DNA from: Candidatus Anstonellales archaeon
Lineage (GTDB): Archaea; Micrarchaeota; Micrarchaeia; Anstonellales; J096
Length of the DNA stretch: 38,269 bases
Direction: 5' to 3'
Assembly (NCBI GenBank): GCA_038740615.1
Contig: JAVYLQ010000004.1
Span: 1 to 38,269, forward strand
Positions within the stretch are counted from its first letter, which is position 1, and every line of letters starts with the position of its first letter. The notes beneath the pieces are model-generated. The model made no database searches. It saw only the letters and a list, made by a program, of their open reading frames with translations, and had not been told where the DNA came from. Shown here piece by piece: positions 1 through 9,919 of the stretch. The translations under genes were made by a program, and so were the position numbers.

Positions 1-1785
1 ATCAATTACTTCTGATAATCTATGTAAGATCCATCTATCCACTTTTCTGAGCTTTGGGATGTTAGAGATTGGTTGTAGTTTAGATATGATGTATTTTGAA
101 GCATTCCAGTATTTTATTAGAAATGCTTTCGCATATTTTATATCTTCGTATGAAAAAGGTCTATCTTTAGCTAAAGCTCCACTCATCGCTGCCCATTGTC
201 TCAGCGCATCCACAGGGTACTCTTTGAGTAATTCATCAGGAGAGATTACATTACCCAAACTCTTACTCATCTTTCTCCCATCTGGGGCAAGTACATTTCC
301 ATTCAGCAGAATCTCTTTCCAAGGGATATTACCAGTTATTCTCCAGACCCTATAGATCGTATAGAGCGCCCAGGTTCTAACTATTTCCACCCCCTGGATT
401 CTTATATAATTAGGGAATGTTCTATTGAAAAATTCTCGATCTTCATAATATCTAGAGATTATCAATGGAGTTATACTAGAATCTACCCAGACATCTAATA
501 CTTTGGTCTCTGGTTTCATAGCAGCCCCACATTTACTACATATCTTCTCATCGGCTTTTTCAGGATAGAAAGGTAGTTTATCCGCAGGTTCTATATGATC
601 GCATTTCTCACAGACATAAAATGGTATAGGAGTTCCAAAAACTCGATCTCTACTTATTATCCAATCCCAATCTAGATTGTTGAGCCAATCTATGTAGTGA
701 TATATTCCAAAGCTCGGTGTCCATCTGATCTGTTTGGCAATATCGATGAGTTTATCTTTGTGTTTTTTCAGAGATGCAAACCATTCATATGAATATAATA
801 ATTCTACTGGATTTTTACACCTATCATGTACCCTTACAGTCTTCCTATAGGATTTTTCAGATACAATATATCCTTGAGATCTGAGATCTGCAACTATCCT
901 CGATCTGGCTTCATCTATACTCATACCATCATATTTGCTATTCTTTAACTTACCTTCTTTATCAATCCCTTCTATCACAGGTAGATTATGTCTCTTCTGC
1001 CATACAAGATCCTGGTAATCACCGTAAGTACAAATCATCACTGCCCCCGTACCAAAATCTTTGATCACATCATGATCTGCTATCACAGGAACCTCTCTAT
1101 TATATAGGGGAATCCTCACATTCTTTCCAATCATATCTTTATATCTCTGATCATCTGGATGTACTGCTACGGCAACACATGCATGTAACAGTTCAGGTCT
1201 AGTAGTAGATATTACAATGTTATCAAATCTGATATCATATAAAATAGAATCAATTTCCTTATCCTCCAGTTCTGCTTTTGCAATTGCAGACTTACAGTGA
1301 GGACACCATAGCACAGGATGATTATCCCTGTAAATATCCCCCAATTTCCACATATCTATTACAGACTTCTGAACTTTCTCATGATATTCAGGCAACATTG
1401 TAATGTATTGGTTATTCCAATCTATCATATACCCCATCCTTCTCATCTGATCTCTCATCTTCGATATCATCTCATGGCTCCATTCTACACATTTTGCCCT
1501 AAATTCCTCTCTACTCAAGTTTTTACCGTACTTACTCTCTATCTTCATTTCAGTAGGAAATCCCTGGGCGTCCCATCCCTGGGGATAGAATACTTGATAT
1601 CCTCTGAGTGTTTTGTATCTGGCTATGAAATCTATATATGAATAGCTAAGTATATGGCCCATGTGAAGTGTACCAGATGTGAATGGAGGTGGGGTATCTA
1701 TCACCAATAATTCTCTGTTCAAATCATATTCACGAGGTTTATTCTCCCATATACTCTGCCACTTCTTCTCAATATCTTCAAACAT
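1..1785 (-). CDS. valS: Valyl-tRNA synthetase (runs off the window start; missing from the ORF track)
   Basis: Manual minus-strand translation from ATG at 1785: MFEDIEKKWQSIWE..IDTPPPFTSGTLHMGH (HIGH motif)..GWDAQGFPTE..; DWDWIISRDRVFGTPIP; KMSKSLGN near 255-275. Confidence 0.95.
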   Translation of the reverse strand, partial: MFEDIEKKWQSIWENKPREYDLNRELLVIDTPPPFTSGTLHMGHILSYSYIDFIARYKTLRGYQVFYPQGWDAQGFPTEMKIESKYGKNLSREEFRAKCVEWSHEMISKMRDQMRRMGYMIDWNNQYITMLPEYHEKVQKSVIDMWKLGDIYRDNHPVLWCPHCKSAIAKAELEDKEIDSILYDIRFDNIVISTTRPELLHACVAVAVHPDDQRYKDMIGKNVRIPLYNREVPVIADHDVIKDFGTGAVMICTYGDYQDLVWQKRHNLPVIEGIDKEGKLKNSKYDGMSIDEARSRIVADLRSQGYIVSEKSYRKTVRVHDRCKNPVELLYSYEWFASLKKHKDKLIDIAKQIRWTPSFGIYHYIDWLNNLDWDWIISRDRVFGTPIPFYVCEKCDHIEPADKLPFYPEKADEKICSKCGAAMKPETKVLDVWVDSSITPLIISRYYEDREFFNRTFPNYIRIQGVEIVRTWALYTIYRVWRITGNIPWKEILLNGNVLAPDGRKMSKSLGNVISPDELLKEYPVDALRQWAAMSGALAKDRPFSYEDIKYAKAFLIKYWNASKYIISKLQPISNIPKLRKVDRWILHRLSEVID

Positions 1786-1804
1786 GATTTTTCTTAGGAG
1801 AATA

Positions 1805-1814
1805 TTTTTAAAAA
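1805..1814. promoter_or_regulatory. Palindromic TATA box (TTTTTAAAAA), probably shared by valS (-) and the C/D sRNA (+)
   Basis: Centred between the valS ATG (1785) and box C (1835), about 20 nt from each. Confidence 0.6.
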
Positions 1815-1834
1815 GAATCAATATTATCAAGTTC

Positions 1835-1883
1835 GTGATGATACACAGGTTTGCTGATCAGTGATGACAAACTGGAGCGCTGA
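1835..1883 (+). ncRNA. Archaeal box C/D 2'-O-methylation guide sRNA (dual guide)
   Basis: Box C GTGATGA 1835-1841; 12-nt guide TACACAGGTTTG; D' CTGA 1854-1857; C' GTGATGA 1861-1867; 12-nt guide CAAACTGGAGCG; D CTGA 1880-1883. Perfect boxes, canonical spacing, intergenic, TATA upstream. Confidence 0.92.
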
Positions 1884-1916
1884 ATATTTTTAAATATAGA
1901 TGAAAATATTCAAAAG

Positions 1917-2234
1917 ATGGCAAAATGTGAAAAATGTAAAGTGGAGTATGAAAATTTATATACTTGTCCATACTGTGGGAAGCAGTTCTGTTTCAGACAT
2001 ATAACTCCTACTATAGATAAATTCACATATGGGCATAAATGCGAAGAATATATTAAACAGATGCGGGCAATGGAGCGGGAAAAACCATTATCTAAAATCC
2101 CTAGAATACCTTCTTCAGAACCCAGTAAAGAGGAACTTAGTTTAGAAATAATTAGTTTATTTAAATACACTATTATAGGTATAATAGGGATAGTATTCTT
2201 ACTAATCCTATTGCGGATATTAAGATTAATTTAA
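1917..2234 (+). CDS. AN1-like zinc-finger protein with C-terminal membrane anchor
   Basis: CxxC..CPYCGKQFCFRH..HKC pattern; hydrophobic C-terminal helix IIGIIGIVFLLILL. Confidence 0.75.
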   Translation: MAKCEKCKVEYENLYTCPYCGKQFCFRHITPTIDKFTYGHKCEEYIKQMRAMEREKPLSKIPRIPSSEPSKEELSLEIISLFKYTIIGIIGIVFLLILLRILRLI

Positions 2235-2258
2235 AAATTGGGATGTTATAATTTTAAC

Positions 2259-4214
2259 ATGATAAATTCAAATGTACTAGATTTTTATATTAATAGGAGA
2301 TTAAATCTAATCGAGATCCACTCTAAAGGAGAGGTAGAATTGGATTATGGGGATATTCTATCTTTTGATCCGGGTTTAGCCGATGCACTCCAATCAGATC
2401 CAGATGGATTTTTACAGCTCCTTAGATCTAGATTGTATGAAAGATTTATCAATCTGAATCTTGAGGCTAAGGATATAGATATAAAACTAACTGGGATTAC
2501 TCCTCACGTTATGATCAAAGATATAGGTAGTAAACATGAGAGAAAAGCAATATCCTTCTACGGATTAGTAGTTAGGAGATCTGAGATAGAACCTGTAGTT
2601 GAGATGAATAAATATCACTGTATGTCGTGCAATAGAGAATTCATAGTATCATCTCAAGGAAAATCTACTAGCAAATGTGTGTTTTGTAATAGTAAGAAAA
2701 TAGAACTGGTGGATAGTATAAAGAGGGATGTGCAATACTTAGATGTCCAAGAACTGATTGAACGAACTGAACCAGGAGTACCCGCACCTAAAGTAAAATG
2801 CATTCTAACAGGTAGTTTTATCAACACCTTGCTTCCAGGAGAGATCGTAGAGCTTACAGGAATTCTAAGATTAGTACAATCTCAGAACAAGAGATCTACA
2901 AATCTATCTAAACTCATTGAAATAAGAGGTATTAAGAAAATGCAGATTGATTTCAATTCAATTACTCTAACAGATAGAGATAAGGATGAAATAATGAGAT
3001 TTAGCAAACGTCCCGATGCTCTTGAGAGATTTGCCAATCTAGTATTCCCAGATATATATGGATATGATAATATCAAAAAAGCTATAATATTGCAGCTAGT
3101 AGGAGCGAATAAGAAGAGAACTAAAGCTGGAACAAGATTGAGATCTAACATACACATATTGCTCATAGGGGACCCTGGAATTGCTAAATCCAGAATGCTA
3201 CAACAGGTTTCTAGAATCTCACCCAAAGCAATATACGTTAGCGGTAAATCTGCCTCTGGTGTAGGATTAACAGCTACTGTGGAAAAAGATGATTATGTGG
3301 GTTGGACCCTAAAGGCAGGAGCAGTAGTGTTAGCATCTGGAGGGATAGTCGCTATAGATGAATTTGACAAACTCGATGATGATGAGAAAAGTGCTCTTCA
3401 TGAGGTAATGGAATCTGGAACAGTATCAATAGCCAAGGCTGGAATCGTTGCTACTCTAATAGCAGATACTACAATTCTAGCCGCTGCTAATCCAAAGTAT
3501 GGAAGATTCAGTATAAGGAAGAGGATAATAGATCAATTCAACATTCCACCAAGTCTTCTGAGTAGATTCGATCTTATATTTCCAATAATAGATGATGTGG
3601 ATGTGGCAAAAGATGAGAGATTGGCTGAGGCAATATTGAACCTGCATAGGAATGTGGGATCTACAGAATACGACCCCAGCTTCCTAAGGAAATACATCAG
3701 TTATGCGAGAAAACTCAACCCCAAATTGACCGAAGAGGCTAGCACAGCAATAAAGAATTACTATGTGGAAATGAGAAAGACTGGAGCTAGTAGTGGAAAT
3801 GTAGCGATAACACCTAGGTATCTAGAAGGGTTGGTTAGATTGGCAGAAGCCCATGCTAAGTTTCGATTGAGTGATGCTGTTGAATTAGAAGATGCTAATC
3901 AGGCAATATCTCTTATGAAAGAGATGATAAATTCTGTACTCAAAGATCCTGAAACTGGAGAGGTGAGTGTAGATATCTTGAGCACAGGGATGACTTCTAG
4001 TAGAAAGAGTAAAATGGATGCGGTTTTAGGGATTATCCAAGAATTGGTGGGGAGGGAAGGACATGCATCTAAGAAGAAAATACGGGAAATGGCGAAGGAG
4101 ATAAATATAGAGGAACGAGAATTGGAGGAGATAATTAGAAATCTCATCAATAATGGGGATATTTACGAATCTAGAGGAGGGGAAGATGGTAGTTATTCTC
4201 TTACTAATATCTAA
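2259..4214 (+). CDS. mcm: MCM replicative helicase
   Basis: Zn finger CMSC/CVFC, Walker A GDPGIAKS, Walker B IDEFDK, AANP, arginine finger SRFD; no intein; ATG 2259 preferred over TTG 2238 from TATA spacing. Confidence 0.97.
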   Translation: MINSNVLDFYINRRLNLIEIHSKGEVELDYGDILSFDPGLADALQSDPDGFLQLLRSRLYERFINLNLEAKDIDIKLTGITPHVMIKDIGSKHERKAISFYGLVVRRSEIEPVVEMNKYHCMSCNREFIVSSQGKSTSKCVFCNSKKIELVDSIKRDVQYLDVQELIERTEPGVPAPKVKCILTGSFINTLLPGEIVELTGILRLVQSQNKRSTNLSKLIEIRGIKKMQIDFNSITLTDRDKDEIMRFSKRPDALERFANLVFPDIYGYDNIKKAIILQLVGANKKRTKAGTRLRSNIHILLIGDPGIAKSRMLQQVSRISPKAIYVSGKSASGVGLTATVEKDDYVGWTLKAGAVVLASGGIVAIDEFDKLDDDEKSALHEVMESGTVSIAKAGIVATLIADTTILAAANPKYGRFSIRKRIIDQFNIPPSLLSRFDLIFPIIDDVDVAKDERLAEAILNLHRNVGSTEYDPSFLRKYISYARKLNPKLTEEASTAIKNYYVEMRKTGASSGNVAITPRYLEGLVRLAEAHAKFRLSDAVELEDANQAISLMKEMINSVLKDPETGEVSVDILSTGMTSSRKSKMDAVLGIIQELVGREGHASKKKIREMAKEINIEERELEEIIRNLINNGDIYESRGGEDGSYSLTNI

Positions 4215-4939
4215 ATAAACTTTAGCTCTACACCATATCTCTCCGCAAATCCTCTTATGTAATCTTTCTGATGCTTATCTATAGCTTTCTTTGCCACTAG
4301 AATTCCATCTACTCTTTCTACACTCAGCTCCAGAGCCTGTTTGAACATTTCGTCTCTAAATCCATCTTGATATCTAGCCAATAGATGAGAATATGCAACC
4401 CTATTCTCCAGAGAATATCTTGTTAACTTAGGTACATAGTGTGTCCCATCTATTCCAAAGTAAACATCATATTCATCTGAACTATCAATACTATCCAGAA
4501 CTGCTCTAGCTATCACCTTTGCCGCCTCTGAATCATTCCAATATCTCTCATCACTGCCCAATTCCACAAACATTACTGGTTTACCAAAGAACGGACCATG
4601 ATGATCCACCTCATAAGTTATTTCAAAACCTCTGTACCTCAGAGGTGCATATCTAGATATTATCTCTAACATCTTGGATGGATAACTTATACACAATCTA
4701 CTGTCCAATCCTCCCAACTCTGCTTTACCCCAGTTACCAGGTACATGAACTGTAGCACTGGGAATTCCTGACTTAGATGAATGGGAACTTAGAACGATAT
4801 AATAATCCCTATTAGTCTCTGGAGGTTGAAATCCTATAATACTATCATTTACATCAATCATATCGATATTCCCTTCCATCTGATTGGCTATATTAAGACT
4901 AGCTGTATTCTGAGAGCTATATACTATTAGAGGTCTCAT
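4211..4939 (-). CDS. dtdA: Archaeal D-aminoacyl-tRNA deacylase (DTD2/GEK1 family)
   Basis: SxHxS, TVHVPGN, EVDHHGP, FVELGS, GxHY motifs. Confidence 0.88.
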   Translation of the reverse strand: MRPLIVYSSQNTASLNIANQMEGNIDMIDVNDSIIGFQPPETNRDYYIVLSSHSSKSGIPSATVHVPGNWGKAELGGLDSRLCISYPSKMLEIISRYAPLRYRGFEITYEVDHHGPFFGKPVMFVELGSDERYWNDSEAAKVIARAVLDSIDSSDEYDVYFGIDGTHYVPKLTRYSLENRVAYSHLLARYQDGFRDEMFKQALELSVERVDGILVAKKAIDKHQKDYIRGFAERYGVELKFI

Positions 4940-6774
4940 CTGAATCTCCTTCTCTCCATATTCATAGGAGCATCTGCATTTATCCTAAGTAATTGTTTGA
5001 TAGTTTTTGCAAATTCTTGAGTAGTAGTTTGATCACCATGCATCGTAAACACTTTCCTAGGCGGATTCTTTATAGCTCTCAACCATTCTATCAGTTGATT
5101 CACATCACTATGTCCAGAAAAACCATCAACAGTTACAACTTCAAGCTCAAGGTCGTATTCCTTGTAATCGTCCCCATCCTTAAGAACAACCTTTTTACTA
5201 CCAGCCTGTATTCTACTCCCCAACGTTCCTGGAGATTGATATCCTACAAATATCAAACATGAATTTTTATCATCAGCTAACATCTTCAGATATTCTAATA
5301 TAGGCCCACCATTCATCATACCAGCTGTAGCTATGATGATAGCAGGTTCACCAACTACTTCCTCTTTAGACCTGTTATTAGCAATTTTCAACATCTCCCA
5401 TTCAAAAGGGGATCTATTCTCAAGTATCATGTTACGTATGTTTGAGCTGAGATATTCTAAATATTGACTATACATAGATGAAGCTTCTCGTATCATCCCA
5501 TCAATGTATACAGGAATATTCCAATCTCTATCAGCATATTTGAATAGTGTTACTAATATCTCCTGACTTCTACCTATTGCAAATGCAGGTATTAGCACCT
5601 TCCCTCCTCTATTAATGACTTCTCTTACCTTACTCATAAATTCATTCTCTGCCTGTGACCTAGAAGGTAATACTCTGTTACCATAAGTAGATTCAACAAC
5701 AACTGCATTTGCTATTGGATATCTATCATATGCTGGATCAAATAATTGGGTTTGACCATACTTAAGATCTCCTGAATATATAAATACAAATTTATCAGCT
5801 ATGTTCAGATGGATTGATGCGCTCCCTAGGATATGACCTGCATTGTAGAAAGTTAGTTTAACATCCTTAGAAACATCAGTGGTCTGCCCATAATCCAATA
5901 GAATCGCATGATCAATCATGCTTTTTATATCTTTAGTAGAATACAGATATTCCCTACTATCAGATTTTTCAGCGAGGTTCAGATAATCCATCTGAACTAA
6001 TACAGCCTGTTCAAGAGTTGGTGGGGTCATATAGACTGGTCCATCGTATCCCATTTTGTAGAGATATGGTATTGCTGCTACATGATCAGTATGAGCGTGA
6101 GATACAATAATCCCATCAAGGTCACTCAAGGATCCGATCAGATGGAACATCGGCAATTCGTCTTGAGGGGTTGGAGGAGCAGGATGTACTCCAGCATCTA
6201 TCAGAAACTTGGAGTTCTTGGTCTCAAATAGCATACTGGTTCTGCCAATCTCCTGAAAACCCCCCAACATAGTTAGAGTTATGTAATTGATTGAATCTAT
6301 TCTCTCGCTGATCCGATTACCAACTCTCTTTAGAACCCGATCCACATCCCTCTCGTATTTATTCCTGAACATGCTTTTTGAAAAGCTAGATTCTATGCTT
6401 GGAGCTCTCTCAAAGATAGGATACCAACCTGTAGATAGGATTATTCGATCAGTAGTATCATTCGCTATTTGTGAGATGTTCAAATGTTTAATCCTCAAAT
6501 ACACCTCTCCAAAAGAATCTGAAAAAACCATATCATTTACATCATAACCAGATAGGATTTCTCGAATTATTTTCTCGGCCTCTCTAGGATCTAATCTATT
6601 GGAGTATCTAATGTATATCCTCTTCTTGTATTTCTTTATTATCTCGATTAATTTATTCTGATCTATCTGTACGTACCTATCTAAGAATACATAGACACCA
6701 GTAATATAATCTCTCAGTTTTATGCCATTACCGATAAGATCTTTAAGATCTGCCTTTATTTCATCAAGTAACAT
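4936..6774 (-). CDS. fttA: beta-CASP ribonuclease aCPSF1 / transcription termination factor FttA
   Basis: N-terminal KH-like region, LGGFQEIGR, HAHTDH, AGHILGS, ESTYG, GFSGHSD motifs; 612 aa. Confidence 0.92.
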   Translation of the reverse strand: MLLDEIKADLKDLIGNGIKLRDYITGVYVFLDRYVQIDQNKLIEIIKKYKKRIYIRYSNRLDPREAEKIIREILSGYDVNDMVFSDSFGEVYLRIKHLNISQIANDTTDRIILSTGWYPIFERAPSIESSFSKSMFRNKYERDVDRVLKRVGNRISERIDSINYITLTMLGGFQEIGRTSMLFETKNSKFLIDAGVHPAPPTPQDELPMFHLIGSLSDLDGIIVSHAHTDHVAAIPYLYKMGYDGPVYMTPPTLEQAVLVQMDYLNLAEKSDSREYLYSTKDIKSMIDHAILLDYGQTTDVSKDVKLTFYNAGHILGSASIHLNIADKFVFIYSGDLKYGQTQLFDPAYDRYPIANAVVVESTYGNRVLPSRSQAENEFMSKVREVINRGGKVLIPAFAIGRSQEILVTLFKYADRDWNIPVYIDGMIREASSMYSQYLEYLSSNIRNMILENRSPFEWEMLKIANNRSKEEVVGEPAIIIATAGMMNGGPILEYLKMLADDKNSCLIFVGYQSPGTLGSRIQAGSKKVVLKDGDDYKEYDLELEVVTVDGFSGHSDVNQLIEWLRAIKNPPRKVFTMHGDQTTTQEFAKTIKQLLRINADAPMNMERRRFR

Positions 6775-6779
6775 AAATA

Positions 6780-7373
6780 TTAATCTTCTAGCTTTTCAAA
6801 GTAGGTTATGGGGATTTTGAATTCATCATATGACTTAATTCTCCCAGTTTTCATGTATATCTCTCTAGCTAATAACCAGAAGAACAGGGCAATACTTCTC
6901 TTTCCTCGATTGTTCATAGGTACATAATCCTCCAATCCAGTAGTATCACTATCGGTATCCACCAGTCCAAACACAGGTACCTTGATCTTGTTAGCATCTC
7001 TTATAGCAACTTTTTCACTATTTGGATCACATACTAGCACTGCATCTGGTTCTATGAAATATTTTATGTTTGGATTTGTAAATGTACCTGGGATATATCT
7101 CCCTATCACTATCTTGGTCTCTGGAAATAGCTTGTGGAACTTGGTTAGAGCTATTTTGGCATAGTACCTAGAAGCGATTATAACCAGCTTTGATAGATCT
7201 ACTCTAGCTAATCTGTCAATTACTCTTCTTAGAGCTTCATCAATCTTGTTTATATCAATTACATATACTCCATCTTTCCTTCTCCTAGCTATAAATGCCC
7301 TTGCTCTCCCTAGTTTGGTCTTTGCACCTATATGTATTCCACTCTCTATATAAACAGTCTCAGCTATTAACAT
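6780..7373 (-). CDS. rps2: 30S ribosomal protein uS2
   Basis: [26 protein letters not shown] motifs. Confidence 0.95.
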   Translation of the reverse strand: MLIAETVYIESGIHIGAKTKLGRARAFIARRRKDGVYVIDINKIDEALRRVIDRLARVDLSKLVIIASRYYAKIALTKFHKLFPETKIVIGRYIPGTFTNPNIKYFIEPDAVLVCDPNSEKVAIRDANKIKVPVFGLVDTDSDTTGLEDYVPMNNRGKRSIALFFWLLAREIYMKTGRIKSYDEFKIPITYFEKLED

Positions 7374-7593
7374 CCCATTTCACCTCTTCAGTAACATATT
7401 CATTAATCAGTATTGATCTATCTTCGACTCCTTCAAATGCAAGAAAATGTCTTCTACAGCAGTATCTATTCAGACCCAGATCATCCATAATTTTACCTCT
7501 ATCCTCTCCTTTATTCACTCTATATTCATATTCTCTGTAAAGATGTCCGATGATCTTTCCACATGTGAAACATCTTATGGGGAATTTATTCAT
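7360..7593 (-). CDS. rpoN: RNA polymerase subunit N (Rpo10)
   Basis: [20 protein letters not shown] at 7593 preceded by GGTGAT SD; conserved position after rps9. Confidence 0.95.
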   Translation of the reverse strand: MNKFPIRCFTCGKIIGHLYREYEYRVNKGEDRGKIMDDLGLNRYCCRRHFLAFEGVEDRSILINEYVTEEVKWDVNS

Positions 7594-7597
7594 TAGA

Positions 7598-8032
7598 TCA
7601 CCTATATGATTTCTGGAACTTAGCTCTAGCCTTTCTCCTCCTATCTTTCTTAGGCTCAACTCTTCTTATATCCTCTTTTAGTATTGAGCTATCAAACACA
7701 GTCCTCTTCAGTTCAGGATCTATTTGAACTAATCCTCTTGCAATTCCTGTAGCTACTGCCTGTAGTTGCCCTATTTTACCCCCTCCACTAACATTAACAT
7801 CAATATCTAAATTCTTTAGCATCTTAGCAACTCGATCAAATATGCTCTGGAGATACATCTGGTCGAATTTACTCTCAAAATACACCCTCCAATCCAAACC
7901 ATTTATCATTATATTCCCTTTACCTTTGGTCTTTATAGTTACTCTAGCTATAGCTCTCTTCCTCTTACCTCTGCTCAAAAATATCTGAATATCAGACTTT
8001 TTCCTCGTTCTCTTTCTCTTGGTTTCAGCCAT
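7598..8032 (-). CDS. rps9: 30S ribosomal protein uS9
   Basis: [26 protein letters not shown]-terminus. Confidence 0.96.
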   Translation of the reverse strand: MAETKRKRTRKKSDIQIFLSRGKRKRAIARVTIKTKGKGNIMINGLDWRVYFESKFDQMYLQSIFDRVAKMLKNLDIDVNVSGGGKIGQLQAVATGIARGLVQIDPELKRTVFDSSILKEDIRRVEPKKDRRRKARAKFQKSYR

Positions 8033-8444
8033 GGTTCCACCCTAATCTCTTACATAAATCTTCAATATAAATATGAGGTTTTCCAAGATCTTTTATCTTT
8101 GCATCATCAAATGATATTCCCTGGAGATTCTCAGGATTTCCCATTACAACTTTCAATCTCCTAAATGCCTGCCTACCTATAAATTTCTTCCTAGGTAACA
8201 TTCCTCGTATCATTCTCCTAACCAGAAGATTAGGTACTCTTGGATAGTGGGGAGAATGCTCTGGATTTGCCTTGTTTCTCCAAGATCTTCTCATCTTGAA
8301 TTTATTTACAATATAATCAGGATTTCCATTAAGAACAAATTTCTCAGCATTCACTATTGTAACCTCCTCTCCTCTAATCAACATTTTCGCTATTCTGGAT
8401 GCAGCCCGACCAAATACCATATCTTTAGCATCTATCACAATCAT
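8025..8444 (-). CDS. rpl13: 50S ribosomal protein uL13
   Basis: VIDA..GRAAS, IVNAEK, RRMIRGMLP; ATG 8444 with GGTGA SD (alternative GTG 8453). Confidence 0.95.
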   Translation of the reverse strand: MIVIDAKDMVFGRAASRIAKMLIRGEEVTIVNAEKFVLNGNPDYIVNKFKMRRSWRNKANPEHSPHYPRVPNLLVRRMIRGMLPRKKFIGRQAFRRLKVVMGNPENLQGISFDDAKIKDLGKPHIYIEDLCKRLGWNHG

Positions 8445-8449
8445 TCCAA

Positions 8450-8806
8450 TCACCTTATTATCATCAGATCAGAATATTTAATATCATTCAGATTCTTCAA
8501 GAAATCTTCCATGTATATAAATTCCCCACCATTCTTCTGTATATCTCTAATCACTTTTTTACTAGCATCAACAGCAACTATCTTAGCTCTGTGTTTTAAT
8601 CTCTCCCCTCCCAATAGCTTTCCTGGCACTATCACTATTTTACCCTCTTTATAGAACATATTTATTTTTCGCATATTCACTTCTATTCTCTTTCTCCTGC
8701 TCCTATCAACTAATTCTAACACCCTTCTCCAGAATGGTCTGTTTAGTCTCTTGAGTAATCTAACAGTATTCTGCCAAAGAGGATTCTCAAATTCAATGTG
8801 TTTCAT
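8450..8806 (-). CDS. rpl18e: 50S ribosomal protein eL18
   Basis: W..V...RRKRIEVN..KI..VPGKLLG; first gene of the L18e-L13-S9 cluster. Confidence 0.9.
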   Translation of the reverse strand: MKHIEFENPLWQNTVRLLKRLNRPFWRRVLELVDRSRRKRIEVNMRKINMFYKEGKIVIVPGKLLGGERLKHRAKIVAVDASKKVIRDIQKNGGEFIYMEDFLKNLNDIKYSDLMIIR

Positions 8807-8848
8807 AGGATCTCAATTTTTATGAATGACATATTTTTAAATAGTTTT

Positions 8849-9859
8849 CTATAGGACCATCCCTAGAAAAATCAGATACATCAAAACTAATATTACCCCA
8901 TCCTCGCGATATACTTCCTTATCTAAGTACATTAGAAGCAATGCAATAGTAGATATTATCAGAAATATCCAACTAGTCTCAAGAATATCTGATTGGATAC
9001 TTAAGCTATGAATACCAACTATATACGAAGTTATCATACTACCACCAAGGATCATCAGAGTATTGAATATATTACTTCCTATGATATTACCTAATAGTAT
9101 ATCTTGATTCTCCCCTTTTCTCGCTAGCAAAATTGTAGTTACCAATTCTGGCAGAGATGTGCCTATTGCTAGTGCAAGCAGACTTATCAGATCCAATCCA
9201 ACCCCAATCACTTTAGCAGTTTCCTTGAGATATATAATGGTTTGATCTGCACTGAATGCTAATATCAACAGACTGATCACTAATACAATATAATCCCCTA
9301 ATTTTACACTATTCATCTCATCAATCCTCTCCATCCCATCAGAAGAATTGATATAGAAATACACTATAAACATCAACAGAGGTATTATTCCAATTATAGA
9401 ATCTACTGGGGTCTTGATGAATAGGATTATAGGGATTATAGCACTTATAAACAGATACAGGCTCTCGGTTTTCAATAGATTAGTTTTAACAACCAGCCTA
9501 TTACTATTCAGGAAGATCATACTCAGCCCAAATATCAATAGAATATTTGAAATGTTTGATCCTACCAGGTTGAAATAGGCTATCTCGAAATTTCCCTGGT
9601 ATGATGCATATAGAGATGTTACTAATTCAGGAGTAGAGGTACCAAAACCTATTAATATCACTCCTATTAGATAATCCGAAAGTCCCAAAGATTTACCTAT
9701 TTTACTGGCTGTATGTATAAATTTGCTAGATGATATTATTAATAAACTTAGGGCCAAGATGAACAATCCTACCGGCAGATATGTGGAATTTGATATGTAA
9801 AGATATGTTGATACTAGAGCTGATAACACTACCAGAATTAATAGTATTTCTCCCCTCAT
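8849..9859 (-). CDS. Cation:calcium antiporter (CaCA/YrbG family)
   Basis: Duplicated alpha-repeats GTSTPE..GSNISN and GTSLPE..GSNIFN; multi-TM. Confidence 0.92.
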   Translation of the reverse strand: MRGEILLILVVLSALVSTYLYISNSTYLPVGLFILALSLLIISSSKFIHTASKIGKSLGLSDYLIGVILIGFGTSTPELVTSLYASYQGNFEIAYFNLVGSNISNILLIFGLSMIFLNSNRLVVKTNLLKTESLYLFISAIIPIILFIKTPVDSIIGIIPLLMFIVYFYINSSDGMERIDEMNSVKLGDYIVLVISLLILAFSADQTIIYLKETAKVIGVGLDLISLLALAIGTSLPELVTTILLARKGENQDILLGNIIGSNIFNTLMILGGSMITSYIVGIHSLSIQSDILETSWIFLIISTIALLLMYLDKEVYREDGVILVLMYLIFLGMVL

Positions 9860-9919
9860 TGTATTGTTCTATCTATATAATCAATAAAAGTTTAAAAATA
9901 TAACATAAAATCTGAATTT

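Noticed and set aside
59..1864. Plus-strand ORFs 59-355, 1318-1641 and 1679-1864
   Set aside because: Antisense shadows of valS; the last also runs into the C/D sRNA.
2259..4214. Intein in MCM
   Set aside because: Length is normal and AAA+ motifs are contiguous.
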